A stretch of DNA of 45,230 nucleotides from a virus (lineage: Duplodnaviria; Caudoviricetes). Of this stretch, positions 36,708-45,230 are shown piece by piece. Location: the IMG/VR virus record IMGVR_UViG_3300029818_000080, positions 1-45,230 of that record. One strand, 5' to 3'. Below the pieces are notes generated by a model. That model saw nothing but the letters and a program-made list of their open reading frames with translations. It was not told the DNA's origin and ran no database searches. The position numbers and the translations under genes were made by a program. The stretch's first letter is position 1. Every line of letters starts with the position of its first letter.

Positions 36708-38506
36708 CAGCAATTGTATTGCGCTTTACGCGCAGCGGCCCCGGTGTTGTTAGCCCTATAACTCTGCGTTTTGAGGGCGACGAACCACCACCACCTCTGC
36801 CGATACAAGAACCAAACCTGATCATGGCGGTGGTCAGCCGGTACAGCGTGCGCGCTGGCCATCAGCAACGCCACCTTAAAACCAGCTGGGCCAGTGGCGA
36901 CATAACAGCAGCAACCCGCGTGCGCTGGTCGTCTAACCCGGCAATAATAAAACTGGTTTACTCAATTTGGACAACTGCCCCACTGGTAACACAGCAAACC
37001 CGCACAGCGTGGACAGGCAATTGGCCGGTAGTAGCGCAGCAAACACTGTTTAACTGGGGCGGCTATCAGCAAGTATCTGCATCGCTAAAAACGCCCTGGG
37101 CTGTTTGGCCTGTTGTCAGTCAGCAATTACAAACAACCTGGTTGCCAACGCTAAAACTGCAACAGCTTTTAAGCGGCCACCGCTGGCAGCAAACAGATAT
37201 TGCCCAGCAGCTTTTAACCCTGTTTTACAACCACGGCGGTGACATAACCCAGGCCAATAAAATGCGCTGGGGGCCAAGGCCACCCAGCTATATTTGCAGC
37301 CAGGATGCCAGGCCAACAAAGGGCGTTGTTACCCTGCGTTTCCATACCGTCGGTGTGCCGACAAGTGGCGTTGTTACCCTGCGTTTCAGCAATGCAAATA
37401 ACCCTGTAGTTTGCGAACTGGACATAGGCGGCGGCTTAATACCACCACTGCCAGATTTGCCCACAATCGACACAACACAACCTATCACGCCGACCCGGCG
37501 CAGGAGCTACATTATGCAGCCACAACTCCGCTGCTACCGAGTTAGCGACAACCAAGAAATCAACATTATCAGCGCTAACTGGAGCATCAGCCGCAGCCAG
37601 TGGGGTGCCACCATTAACTTGCAGTGCGGCAGCAAGGGCGATAAGGATCTGCTGTTCGCTGGAGGCATAGAGCAGGAGTTTAAGCTGGTAATAAACGGCT
37701 ATGAGTTTTTCGGCCTGGCCGAATCGTTTAACTACTCCGGCGAGTTTGGCAGTAACAGCTATACCGTAGTTGGCCGCAGTAGTGTTGCTGAGCTGGCCAG
37801 CCCACACGCCCCAGCCCGGTCATACTCTAATGCAACCAGCAAAGGCGTTGCCGCACTAATCAGCGACGAGCTAACCGGCACTGGCTGGAGCTATGATTTT
37901 GGCATGACACAATTTAACGTGCCCGCAGGCGTGTTTAGCTACGTAAACAAAACACGAATAGAGGCCATAGCGCAAATAGCTGCCGCCATTGGCGGTATGG
38001 TTTACCCCGACGGTGACACCAAAACCATACACATACGCCCGCAATGGCCGGTAACGCCCTGGGCCATTGCATCAGCAACGCCAGCCGTATCAGTGCATGA
38101 CGATGTGATACTGGCACTAAACAGCAGCCCCGCCAGCACACCACTGTTTAACGCTGTATTTGTGCGCGGCGAGCAACAAGGCCAATCAGCAAAAGTACGC
38201 CGCACCGGCACCGCAGGCGACAAATTAGCAGCTGATATTGTTGATCCACTAATGGTTGATAGCCAGGCGCTACGCCAACGCGGTACCGCCGAACTGGCCA
38301 ACTCCGGCCGCAAAGACAGCGTGCAGCTAACCCTGCCAATAATGGACTTGCTGCCGCCCTTAATACCAGGGCAAGTGCTTGGCGTTACCTGGCAAACCGA
38401 GACATACAAAACGCTGGTCGACAGCGTGCAAATAACCGCCCAGCGCGGCCAGAACGGCACGCTTACAGTACGGCAAAACGTAGGAGCGCTGCGTAACTAT
38501 GAGTAA
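36704..38506 (+). CDS. Tail tip/hub protein
   Basis: Trp-periodic N-half; C-half with FNAVFVRGE, VRRTGTAGD, LIPGQV. Confidence 0.72.
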   Translation: MTAIVLRFTRSGPGVVSPITLRFEGDEPPPPLPIQEPNLIMAVVSRYSVRAGHQQRHLKTSWASGDITAATRVRWSSNPAIIKLVYSIWTTAPLVTQQTRTAWTGNWPVVAQQTLFNWGGYQQVSASLKTPWAVWPVVSQQLQTTWLPTLKLQQLLSGHRWQQTDIAQQLLTLFYNHGGDITQANKMRWGPRPPSYICSQDARPTKGVVTLRFHTVGVPTSGVVTLRFSNANNPVVCELDIGGGLIPPLPDLPTIDTTQPITPTRRRSYIMQPQLRCYRVSDNQEINIISANWSISRSQWGATINLQCGSKGDKDLLFAGGIEQEFKLVINGYEFFGLAESFNYSGEFGSNSYTVVGRSSVAELASPHAPARSYSNATSKGVAALISDELTGTGWSYDFGMTQFNVPAGVFSYVNKTRIEAIAQIAAAIGGMVYPDGDTKTIHIRPQWPVTPWAIASATPAVSVHDDVILALNSSPASTPLFNAVFVRGEQQGQSAKVRRTGTAGDKLAADIVDPLMVDSQALRQRGTAELANSGRKDSVQLTLPIMDLLPPLIPGQVLGVTWQTETYKTLVDSVQITAQRGQNGTLTVRQNVGALRNYE

Positions 38507-38726
38507 CAGCTATCGCCGCCTGCGCACACTAACCCAAAGCCAGCCCCGCACTGTTGCCGAGGTGACCACCCACAACCCCGACGGTACAAGTACAGTACAG
38601 CTTATGAGCGGTGCATTTATAACCGTGCTGGGCCAAGACGTAGAAGAAGGCAGCCAGGCATATATTGAAGGTGGTCGCATACTGGGCCAAGCCGCTGACC
38701 TGCCTTACACCGAGATTGAGGTATAA
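38499..38726 (+). CDS. Small tail tip protein
   Basis: DGTSTVQL...VLGQ...AYIEGGRI. Confidence 0.7.
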   Translation: MSNSYRRLRTLTQSQPRTVAEVTTHNPDGTSTVQLMSGAFITVLGQDVEEGSQAYIEGGRILGQAADLPYTEIEV

Positions 38727-38729
38727 GCC

Positions 38730-39014
38730 ATGTCAGAGCAAATCATCTGTACGACAAAACGCACAGGTGAGTGCGGCGACACATTTCGTAGCTGCTACAC
38801 GCTTACTTATTTTGGCCCTTATGTGTTTGTGCAGGCCTTGTCGGGTAGTTACACCCGGGCGTGCCATGATGAATTAATCAATCTTTTTAAACAACACAAC
38901 CATTTAACCCACTATTGGTATATCCGCAAAAAGCGCGGTCGGTACCATGTGTTTAAAAAACCTATCTACCCAAACAGCCCCGCAAATGCGGGGCTTTTTA
39001 TTATCCAGGAGTAA
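38730..39014 (+). CDS. Hypothetical protein
   Basis: 94 aa; SD GAGG. Confidence 0.6.
   Translation: MSEQIICTTKRTGECGDTFRSCYTLTYFGPYVFVQALSGSYTRACHDELINLFKQHNHLTHYWYIRKKRGRYHVFKKPIYPNSPANAGLFIIQE
38976..39000 (+). terminator. Intrinsic terminator within 3' end of ORF
   Basis: AGCCCCGC-AAAT-GCGGGGCT-TTTT. Confidence 0.7.
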
Positions 39015-39017
39015 ATT

Positions 39018-39395
39018 ATGCCTTTAAATTTAGCCGGCCGATCACGCGCGTTAAATGCAGCCAATAGAATGGGTATTTGGTCAACCAACCCTGGTCTTGG
39101 TGCTACACCGGCAGCAGGTGAATTGGCCGACGCCCCCTACGAGCGCAAACCAGCAGTATTTAACGAAGCGGTAGATGTTGCAGGCGTGGCAGAGTGCCAG
39201 CTTAATGCTAATGTTCCGGTTGATCTGCATCTTACCAATCCGCAAAACTGCCAGTTTTTGGCACTGTTTGAAGACGATGTGTATTTAGGCTACATAGTGC
39301 CGTCTAGCCCGCGCAACTTTACCGAACCTGCAACGGTACGGCAGTTTGTTGCCGTGGCCACAACAACAAAAATAACTGCATCAAACGCGGTATAA
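39018..39395 (+). CDS. Putative tail fibre-associated protein
   Basis: Strong SD AGGAG; GEL...YERKP motif. Confidence 0.65.
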   Translation: MPLNLAGRSRALNAANRMGIWSTNPGLGATPAAGELADAPYERKPAVFNEAVDVAGVAECQLNANVPVDLHLTNPQNCQFLALFEDDVYLGYIVPSSPRNFTEPATVRQFVAVATTTKITASNAV

Positions 39396-39399
39396 CGCT

Positions 39400-40587
39400 A
39401 TGCAGTACGCCATGGACATCAACAACCAGGTGTTTGCCGGGCGATTTAACCGACCGCAGTGGGTGCTGAATCAGCCGCTTAATACTTGGGGCCAGATTCC
39501 GACAGTTAATGTGCTGGCTGATTTAAACACCAGGTACAATCCCGACCTTAACCCAAATTATCCGGGGTTGCCTGAATGGTTCGGTGATCAGGGCGGCACA
39601 TTTGCGCGGATAATTACAGGCTGGTGTGGTGCATCATTTAACCCTGAACTTGATGAATTGCGCATACCTCCGCCTGCTGGGCATGCCGACTATTGTGGAG
39701 GTGAACCGTACAACTTGTATACGCGCACCGAGAACCCCCAATTTAAAATGATGTATCCGCCAGCCGGTGCGCTGCCCAATCCGTTTATTACAAACGATGG
39801 GCAGGAGGCAACCGGGTTATATGCTAATGGCCGCTGCCGTGCTGTGCACAGCTACAACCGTGCAATATGGATACCGGGTTACGGGCACGCATTAATACCC
39901 CAAGGCAGCACAAGCCACAGCGGCCAGAACGGTACATTACGGCCAATACTGTTTGATCAAGACAGCGGAGAGATGTCGCTATTTGGCGAGCCTTTAGACG
40001 TTGGTAGTCCTGGTGATTATTCTGGTGGTTGCTCTTGCTGGGACTCTCTGCGCCAGGCAGTGTGGGTTAGACGATTGGGTAGCGGAGTATTCCATCGCTG
40101 GCACCCGGCCACACGTACTTGGACTAAAAATGTTAGCGCATCAATGGCTACAACTGGTAACGGCACTTGCGAGTATATACCCGAATTTGACTGCATCATG
40201 TGGCTTAACACAACATTTGCGAACGCTAATGAGGTTGCAGTTGTTAATTGCGCCACCGGCCAGATTACACGCAAACCAATATCAGGCAATGCAGTAGGCA
40301 TGGTGCTAAACGGATTTTGCCAGCCGCGGCGCTTCGCTGCTAATCAATTTGCCTGCTGGAACAATAGTAGTGACACAACCCAAATTAATGTACTGAGTTT
40401 TGACACTCACCCGATAAATGGCAACTGGTCTGTTACTCAGTTGCCCGTTGCATCTGACAACGCAGTGACGCCGACAACAGCGGCAACAACAGGTACTTAT
40501 GGCCGCTTCTGGCACAGCCCAAGAATGGGCATACTGGCCACGCTCAATGATGTCTCACAGCGACCTTATTTTTACAGGTATAAATAA
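39400..40587 (+). CDS. Putative beta-propeller virion protein
   Basis: WCGASFN, GHADY.G.E, RAVHSYN, WHPATRTWT, TYGRF blade-like motifs. Confidence 0.65.
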   Translation: MQYAMDINNQVFAGRFNRPQWVLNQPLNTWGQIPTVNVLADLNTRYNPDLNPNYPGLPEWFGDQGGTFARIITGWCGASFNPELDELRIPPPAGHADYCGGEPYNLYTRTENPQFKMMYPPAGALPNPFITNDGQEATGLYANGRCRAVHSYNRAIWIPGYGHALIPQGSTSHSGQNGTLRPILFDQDSGEMSLFGEPLDVGSPGDYSGGCSCWDSLRQAVWVRRLGSGVFHRWHPATRTWTKNVSASMATTGNGTCEYIPEFDCIMWLNTTFANANEVAVVNCATGQITRKPISGNAVGMVLNGFCQPRRFAANQFACWNNSSDTTQINVLSFDTHPINGNWSVTQLPVASDNAVTPTTAATTGTYGRFWHSPRMGILATLNDVSQRPYFYRYK

Positions 40588-40589
40588 TT

Positions 40590-41990
40590 ATGAGTTACTA
40601 TTTAAACGTACCGCACATAGTCGGCCGCGCTGTAGATGTAAATATACCAATACCGACAGCTGTTGGTGGGGTATATAATTTTGAGTTCGAGTTTGAACTC
40701 AAAGCGTTGAGCACAGAATTTACCGTATCCGGCTTAAACATATCTGCCTCTAACGATATATTCTTTTTGAAAGCCTCTGTGATGGAATACCGGCGCACGG
40801 GCAACACAAACATAAATATGACGCACGGCGTCACTATCGCAGATTGGCACAAGTATCGTTTCGTGTTCACCGGCTCCGGCGTGGGCAATATCGCATTCTA
40901 TGTTGATGGGGTCTTCAAGGCTAATTACACGCCTAGTGCAAGCTTGGTAACGACAAATCTATTAACCTTGTTTCAATTGTCATCGTCTGTACGTACTGCG
41001 CATTTCCGATATTACAAATTCACTGATTTTAATAACGTAGCAGCCAACCGTATGTTTGATGCTCGGGCTCATGTGCCTGGTGACACAGTATTGAGAGACA
41101 CGGCTAACGGTGCTAATGGTACGTTTACGGCGGCATGGGTGACAGCTGGTGTTACGTTTGTGCCAGATGCGCCGCCAGTAACTCCAATTGCATTTACTGG
41201 GTCAATACCTGCACAAACATTTACCGCAGGTGATGCAGTCGATGTAAATCTGGCGGGGTATTTCAGCGGCACACAGACCCCGTTTACATTTGCTAATACA
41301 GGCACCAGTTTAAGCGGTACTGGCTTATCTATTACCAGCGCCGGGCGCCTGCAAGGCACGGCCACTGCAGCATCTGTAAGTGGCGTGATAGTCACAGGCA
41401 CTGACGCTAGCAGCAACACAGCCAGCAGCAACGCATTTAATGTAACAGTTAACGCTATACCGGCTTTGCCGCCGCAGGGCTCTGTAACCATGGGCACTAT
41501 TACGGTAGGCGAAACAACAGCGAGCGTACCATTTAGTTATAGCGCGTCAGACCAGACTGGTTTCATGTACAGGCTAAATGGCGGCAGCCCCATTACCGTA
41601 ACGGCAAACCCGATCTCCCTAACAGGATTAACCGCATCGACCGGCTACACTATAGATGTTGCTGCGGTAAACGCTAACGGCACAGGTACATATTCATCTA
41701 CTGCTGGTTTTACAACAACCGCGGCACCAAGCACGGATCCAGTTTTTACCAGTGCTCAGCCGCTACGCGATAACACCGCTCAGCTTTTAAACAATACACT
41801 GCTTGATTATGTCCGGCTTTACTCCGTCACAACCGGCGAGCTAGTGGCAGAATTTCTAGACGTCACGACAAACAGTAGCGGGTATTTCTCAGTAACCAGC
41901 GCGCTGCTTATGGCAGATACTGCTTATAAGGCAGACTGGCAGGTTAATGCAACCGGCGTAGGCCGCATGCCACAGGCTACCGCTGTATGA
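40590..41990 (+). CDS. Virion protein with LamG/ConA-like, Ig-like and fibronectin type III domains
   Basis: DWHKYRF...FYVDGV; SIPAQTF..VNLAGYFS..GLSITSAGRLQGT..FNVTV; LTGLTASTGYTIDVAAVNANG. Confidence 0.75.
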   Translation: MSYYLNVPHIVGRAVDVNIPIPTAVGGVYNFEFEFELKALSTEFTVSGLNISASNDIFFLKASVMEYRRTGNTNINMTHGVTIADWHKYRFVFTGSGVGNIAFYVDGVFKANYTPSASLVTTNLLTLFQLSSSVRTAHFRYYKFTDFNNVAANRMFDARAHVPGDTVLRDTANGANGTFTAAWVTAGVTFVPDAPPVTPIAFTGSIPAQTFTAGDAVDVNLAGYFSGTQTPFTFANTGTSLSGTGLSITSAGRLQGTATAASVSGVIVTGTDASSNTASSNAFNVTVNAIPALPPQGSVTMGTITVGETTASVPFSYSASDQTGFMYRLNGGSPITVTANPISLTGLTASTGYTIDVAAVNANGTGTYSSTAGFTTTAAPSTDPVFTSAQPLRDNTAQLLNNTLLDYVRLYSVTTGELVAEFLDVTTNSSGYFSVTSALLMADTAYKADWQVNATGVGRMPQATAV

Positions 41991-42772
41991 GCTGGCTCAC
42001 TGGCGAGTTGCACGCAAATGGATGGACAGCAAGCCGTTACCCTGGCTTTGGCATACTTGCTGAAGACGCCCCCAGCACCGGTGAAAGCGGCCCCGCGCTG
42101 GGTTACCGGCCCGAATGGTTTGGCAAGCAAGTAAGGGTAGAAGTAGTTACGCAGCCTATCCATGGCACACTGCAGCCGTTTGAAGACACCAGCTTTATTT
42201 ACACCGGCAACGGCACAGCCGACACCGCCGAACTGCAGTTTTTCCTCGATGGCATAGCCCAGCCAGCAACAGAACCGCTAACACTTAATCCGGCCGGTGA
42301 AGAACAAATACACTACACCGGCGGGGTATGCAGCGTAGTTAGGGGCGTAGCCGCGCAAACGCAAAGCATTAGTAACCAGGTGCACACAACGGCAGGGCTG
42401 ATAAACTTAACGCGAGCAGCAGTACTGGTATCTGATTTCTTCAGCCATCAAATTGCGCAAACCGGTGGCAGTGTTGAAACCACCCGGGGTGCTGTGGCAG
42501 TTACGCAGGCAGTTAATATACCTGTAGACGAGCCGCAACCCAATTTGCAAATACACTACACCGGCGGCAGCGCCGCGCGCCATGTATCGATAGAGGCCGT
42601 AACAGCCTGGGTCTCAGATCAAATAGCGAACACCAGCGGCGTAGTAGCCGTTCGTCGCGGAGCGGTTGCCGTTACATCATGGACCGACGACAGCTTTGTA
42701 CCAGACTTTGTTAATCGCGGCATATCTGCTGCCATTATCGCACCAGTATATTCAGCCAGTTTAATTCAGTAG
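41987..42772 (+). CDS. Hypothetical virion-associated protein with internal repeats
   Basis: QPIHGTL..DTSFIY; recurring Q(I/V)xxT(G/A/S)G...RG motif. Confidence 0.65.
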   Translation: MSWLTGELHANGWTASRYPGFGILAEDAPSTGESGPALGYRPEWFGKQVRVEVVTQPIHGTLQPFEDTSFIYTGNGTADTAELQFFLDGIAQPATEPLTLNPAGEEQIHYTGGVCSVVRGVAAQTQSISNQVHTTAGLINLTRAAVLVSDFFSHQIAQTGGSVETTRGAVAVTQAVNIPVDEPQPNLQIHYTGGSAARHVSIEAVTAWVSDQIANTSGVVAVRRGAVAVTSWTDDSFVPDFVNRGISAAIIAPVYSASLIQ

Positions 42773-42774
42773 GG

Positions 42775-43083
42775 GTGTGTATGTATCTTGAGGTTAGCGC
42801 CTTCAATGGCCGTGACGACATTACAAAAATACAATTTAACCGCGACGGCCAGCCGGTAGACTTCACCGCCGAAGGTGTAACGAAAATAGAGGCGGTGGCC
42901 GCTAGCAAAGTGGTACCGGCAGAATATACCGGCAATGTTGTTAGCGTTAAATTTGGCAAACTGGGCATAATGCCCGGCATTTACATGGCGCGCATTGTTA
43001 TCTACACCAGCACCGCCCCAGATGGTTTAGTAATAGCAGGTCCGGGTAAAGAGGTAGAGATCGAGTTAAGTTATAACGCTTAG
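42775..43083 (+). CDS. Hypothetical beta-rich protein
   Basis: ~100 aa at the end of the tail operon. Confidence 0.65.
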   Translation: MCMYLEVSAFNGRDDITKIQFNRDGQPVDFTAEGVTKIEAVAASKVVPAEYTGNVVSVKFGKLGIMPGIYMARIVIYTSTAPDGLVIAGPGKEVEIELSYNA

Positions 43084-43095
43084 CTTAAACATAAT

Positions 43096-43138
43096 TTGCA
43101 GTTAACTTATCCATCATTTAAGCTGTATAAAAATACAG
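43096..43138 (+). promoter_or_regulatory. sigma70 promoter overlapped by LexA (SOS) box
   Basis: TTGCAG-N17-TAAGCT (43096-43124); CTGTATAAAAATACAG (43123-43138) fits CTGT-N8-ACAG. Confidence 0.85.
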
Positions 43139-43153
43139 TTATATGGTGGGTTT

Positions 43154-43429
43154 GTGTGGTTTATAAATCAGCAAAAGCGCAAGTTAGCGCTGTTAGATAA
43201 AGCCGGCAAGCTGGTAAACGAAGTATGGTTTATTCGCACCCGAAACAACGCAGAAATGCAGTTTATGGCCTGGCGGGTAACGCACCATATACAGGGTAGA
43301 TTTCTGCCTTTCTCATACAACGACAGCTTAAATACCATGCTGCAGGCCATAAAAGATAATGATCTAACCTATAATTGGAGCCCGGTAGAAAACTACTACG
43401 CGTATAAAGAGGTAGATAATGTGCGGTAG
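43154..43429 (+). CDS. SOS-regulated hypothetical protein
   Basis: 91 aa, first ORF after the LexA box, overlaps SRAP start. Confidence 0.65.
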   Translation: MWFINQQKRKLALLDKAGKLVNEVWFIRTRNNAEMQFMAWRVTHHIQGRFLPFSYNDSLNTMLQAIKDNDLTYNWSPVENYYAYKEVDNVR

Positions 43430-43988
43430 GCTAAACGTAACTGATGATCATCTTGTTATAGGGTTAAGTGAGGCGCTTGGTATTAAGCTAAGCATAAAAA
43501 CAAACCATGACCTGCGGCCAACTCAAGAGCTGGCTGCAGTCACGCCAAACGGCCAGCTAAATTGCCGCTGGGGTATTAAGCCGGCATGGTCAGATAAATT
43601 GCTGATCAATGCCCAGGCTGAGAAAATGACTACAAGTAGATTATGGCGGCCGGCGTTTCAACATCAACGTTGTCTAGTGCCGTGCACCGGCTGGTATGAA
43701 TGGCGCACAGAGCAGGACGAACGCAAGCACAAATACCTGTTTACCGGAGCAGATCATAAGCCCCTGTTGATGGCGGCGCTTTACTGGCCAGCCGGTGTGT
43801 ATGACGAGCAACCAACGCTTGTTACGCTAACCACCACACCAAACCAATACGCGGCACAGTATCACCACCGCATGCCGGTAATAATACCAACCGATAACGC
43901 CGACTGGTGGCTAAACGGCAGGGCAGAAGGTTTGGCGCCATTGCTTATGCCACTGCCCGAAAAATCTGTCGTGGCTACAGCAGCTTAG
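43419..43988 (+). CDS. SRAP (YedK/HMCES-like) abasic-site protecting protein
   Basis: N-terminal MCGR, LINAQAE, RCLVPCTGWYEW, HHRMPVI. Confidence 0.93.
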   Translation: MCGRLNVTDDHLVIGLSEALGIKLSIKTNHDLRPTQELAAVTPNGQLNCRWGIKPAWSDKLLINAQAEKMTTSRLWRPAFQHQRCLVPCTGWYEWRTEQDERKHKYLFTGADHKPLLMAALYWPAGVYDEQPTLVTLTTTPNQYAAQYHHRMPVIIPTDNADWWLNGRAEGLAPLLMPLPEKSVVATAA

Positions 43989-43991
43989 ATA

Positions 43992-45230
43992 TTAAACCGC
44001 TTTTAGTCCTTTCTTACCGCTAAAAGCCATCTTACCTGTGGCCGCTTCCTCTATGTGGTTACTCCACCATTCCATCAGCTTGCGCCGGCGCTCAAGATAA
44101 GTTGCCCGGTTGTATGCTGACCGCACTTGGTTTTTGTCCTGGTGCGCAAGCGCTGCCTCAATTACATCATCATCAAAGCCGCGCTCGTTGAGTGTAGTGC
44201 TGGCCAGTGCGCGCAAACCATGTGATACCAGTACGCCTGTATAGCCCATGCGCTGCAATGCCCGGTTAGCTGTTTCAGAATGCGTGGGCAAACCCGGGTT
44301 GCGGTCTGATGCAAAAATATAGGGTGATCTGCCGGTAATTGGCTTAATAAATTCCAACAGGGCCACTGTTTGTGGCGTAAGCGGTACTTGATGTTCTCGT
44401 TTCTGTTTCATGCGTTCACCAGGTATAACCCACAGCATATTATCAAGCTGTATTTCATCCCAACGCGCACCGGCAGCCTCAGACGGTCGCACCATAGTGT
44501 GCAGTTGCCACTCAATCAGGCAGCGTGTCATTATCCGGATCTGCGCATAGCTCAACGCCTTCATCAGCTCAGGCAATTGCTCCGGCTTTATCGTCGGCAT
44601 ATTAGTGGCTTTAGCGCTGGCAAACGCAGCTTTAATTCCGGCGAGCGGATTGTGCTGCAAAATACCGGTGTTAACACACCAGGTCATTAACTCATTTAGG
44701 CGCTGGCAAAGCCGGGTAATCGTTTCGCTTTTTCCTGCTGCTTCCAGCGGTTTTAATTCTTCAATAACCACCGGCGCTGTCAGTTCGCTAACCGGCCAGC
44801 TGCCAAGGGTAGGGAATAAGTGTGCTTCAAACGATCGCTGCACTGTAAATGCGTGGCGCTCGCTGATGCCGGCAAATTTTACCGCAAACCATTTTTTAGC
44901 CACATCCTGAAGTGTTGTGCTGATCTCCCGGCGCCGCTTATCGCTTTGCGCGTCCAGCCACTTTTGCGGATCAATATCCCTGTCTAACAGTTCTCGATAT
45001 TCCGCCCGGGCTTTTCTGGCCACAGCTAAAGACGTTTCAGGGTAGCTACCGATCTTTAAATAATTGGAGTTTTTAACATGCGGTCGATTGTAACGAAACA
45101 ACCAAGACTTGTTTCCGGCAGGTGTGATCCGCAGCTCTAAACCGTCGCCATCATACAGCGAATAAAGCTTATCTTTAGGCTTAGCTGATCGTACTTCCGT
45201 GTCGCTTAATGGTGTTGTTTTTCTTGCCAT
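43992..45230 (-). CDS. int: Prophage integrase, P4/IntA-like tyrosine recombinase
   Basis: LSDTEVRSAKPKDK..LYDGDGL arm-binding domain; VRPSE, MK, HGLRALAST, LAH, AYNR. Confidence 0.96.
   Translation of the reverse strand: MARKTTPLSDTEVRSAKPKDKLYSLYDGDGLELRITPAGNKSWLFRYNRPHVKNSNYLKIGSYPETSLAVARKARAEYRELLDRDIDPQKWLDAQSDKRRREISTTLQDVAKKWFAVKFAGISERHAFTVQRSFEAHLFPTLGSWPVSELTAPVVIEELKPLEAAGKSETITRLCQRLNELMTWCVNTGILQHNPLAGIKAAFASAKATNMPTIKPEQLPELMKALSYAQIRIMTRCLIEWQLHTMVRPSEAAGARWDEIQLDNMLWVIPGERMKQKREHQVPLTPQTVALLEFIKPITGRSPYIFASDRNPGLPTHSETANRALQRMGYTGVLVSHGLRALASTTLNERGFDDDVIEAALAHQDKNQVRSAYNRATYLERRRKLMEWWSNHIEEAATGKMAFSGKKGLKAV

Larger units (their letters stand above)
1..45230. mobile_element. 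Lambdoid temperate prophage (siphovirus-like), nearly complete; att sites not in window
   Basis: Canonical module order: early-left, cI/cro, O/DnaC, Q, lysis, cos, terminase, portal, head, tail, integrase. Confidence 0.96.

Noticed and set aside
19589-42980. Many antisense ORFs within structural genes
   Set aside because: Shadow frames of well-supported + strand genes, with no SD or motifs.
32992-43083. Diversity-generating retroelement or invertible tail-fibre cassette
   Set aside because: No reverse transcriptase, template/variable repeat pair, invertase or inverted fibre segments seen.

Overview
The window holds an almost complete lambdoid (cos-packaging, long non-contractile tail) prophage of a gammaproteobacterium. 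The att sites and the leftmost gene(s) lie outside it. Left to right: (1) a leftward early operon (HNH nuclease, phage Dam methylase, ASCH-like protein, RdgC, winged-helix proteins); (2) an immunity region with ACAAG-N5-CTTGT operators, a cI-like repressor lacking the S24 autocleavage domain, and cro; (3) hairpin-dense non-coding stretches; (4) replication genes (O with five iterons, DnaC-like loader); (5) a second, internal tyrosine recombinase, RuvC-like resolvase and Q-like gene; (6) lysis genes and a lambda-like cos; (7) lambda-type head genes and a tail module with an accessory adhesin-like cluster; (8) a LexA-box operon with SRAP; (9) a P4-type integrase. The most interesting element is a three-gene cassette (8693-9811) between the left operators and cI. 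It encodes a small protein with a FlgM-like motif and two NGGGTEPP copies that differ only at synonymous sites, a ~5-TM membrane protein, and a membrane-anchored small protein. This is a candidate peptide-signalling module next to a repressor that cannot self-cleave. All product names come from motif recognition and synteny, not database searches.
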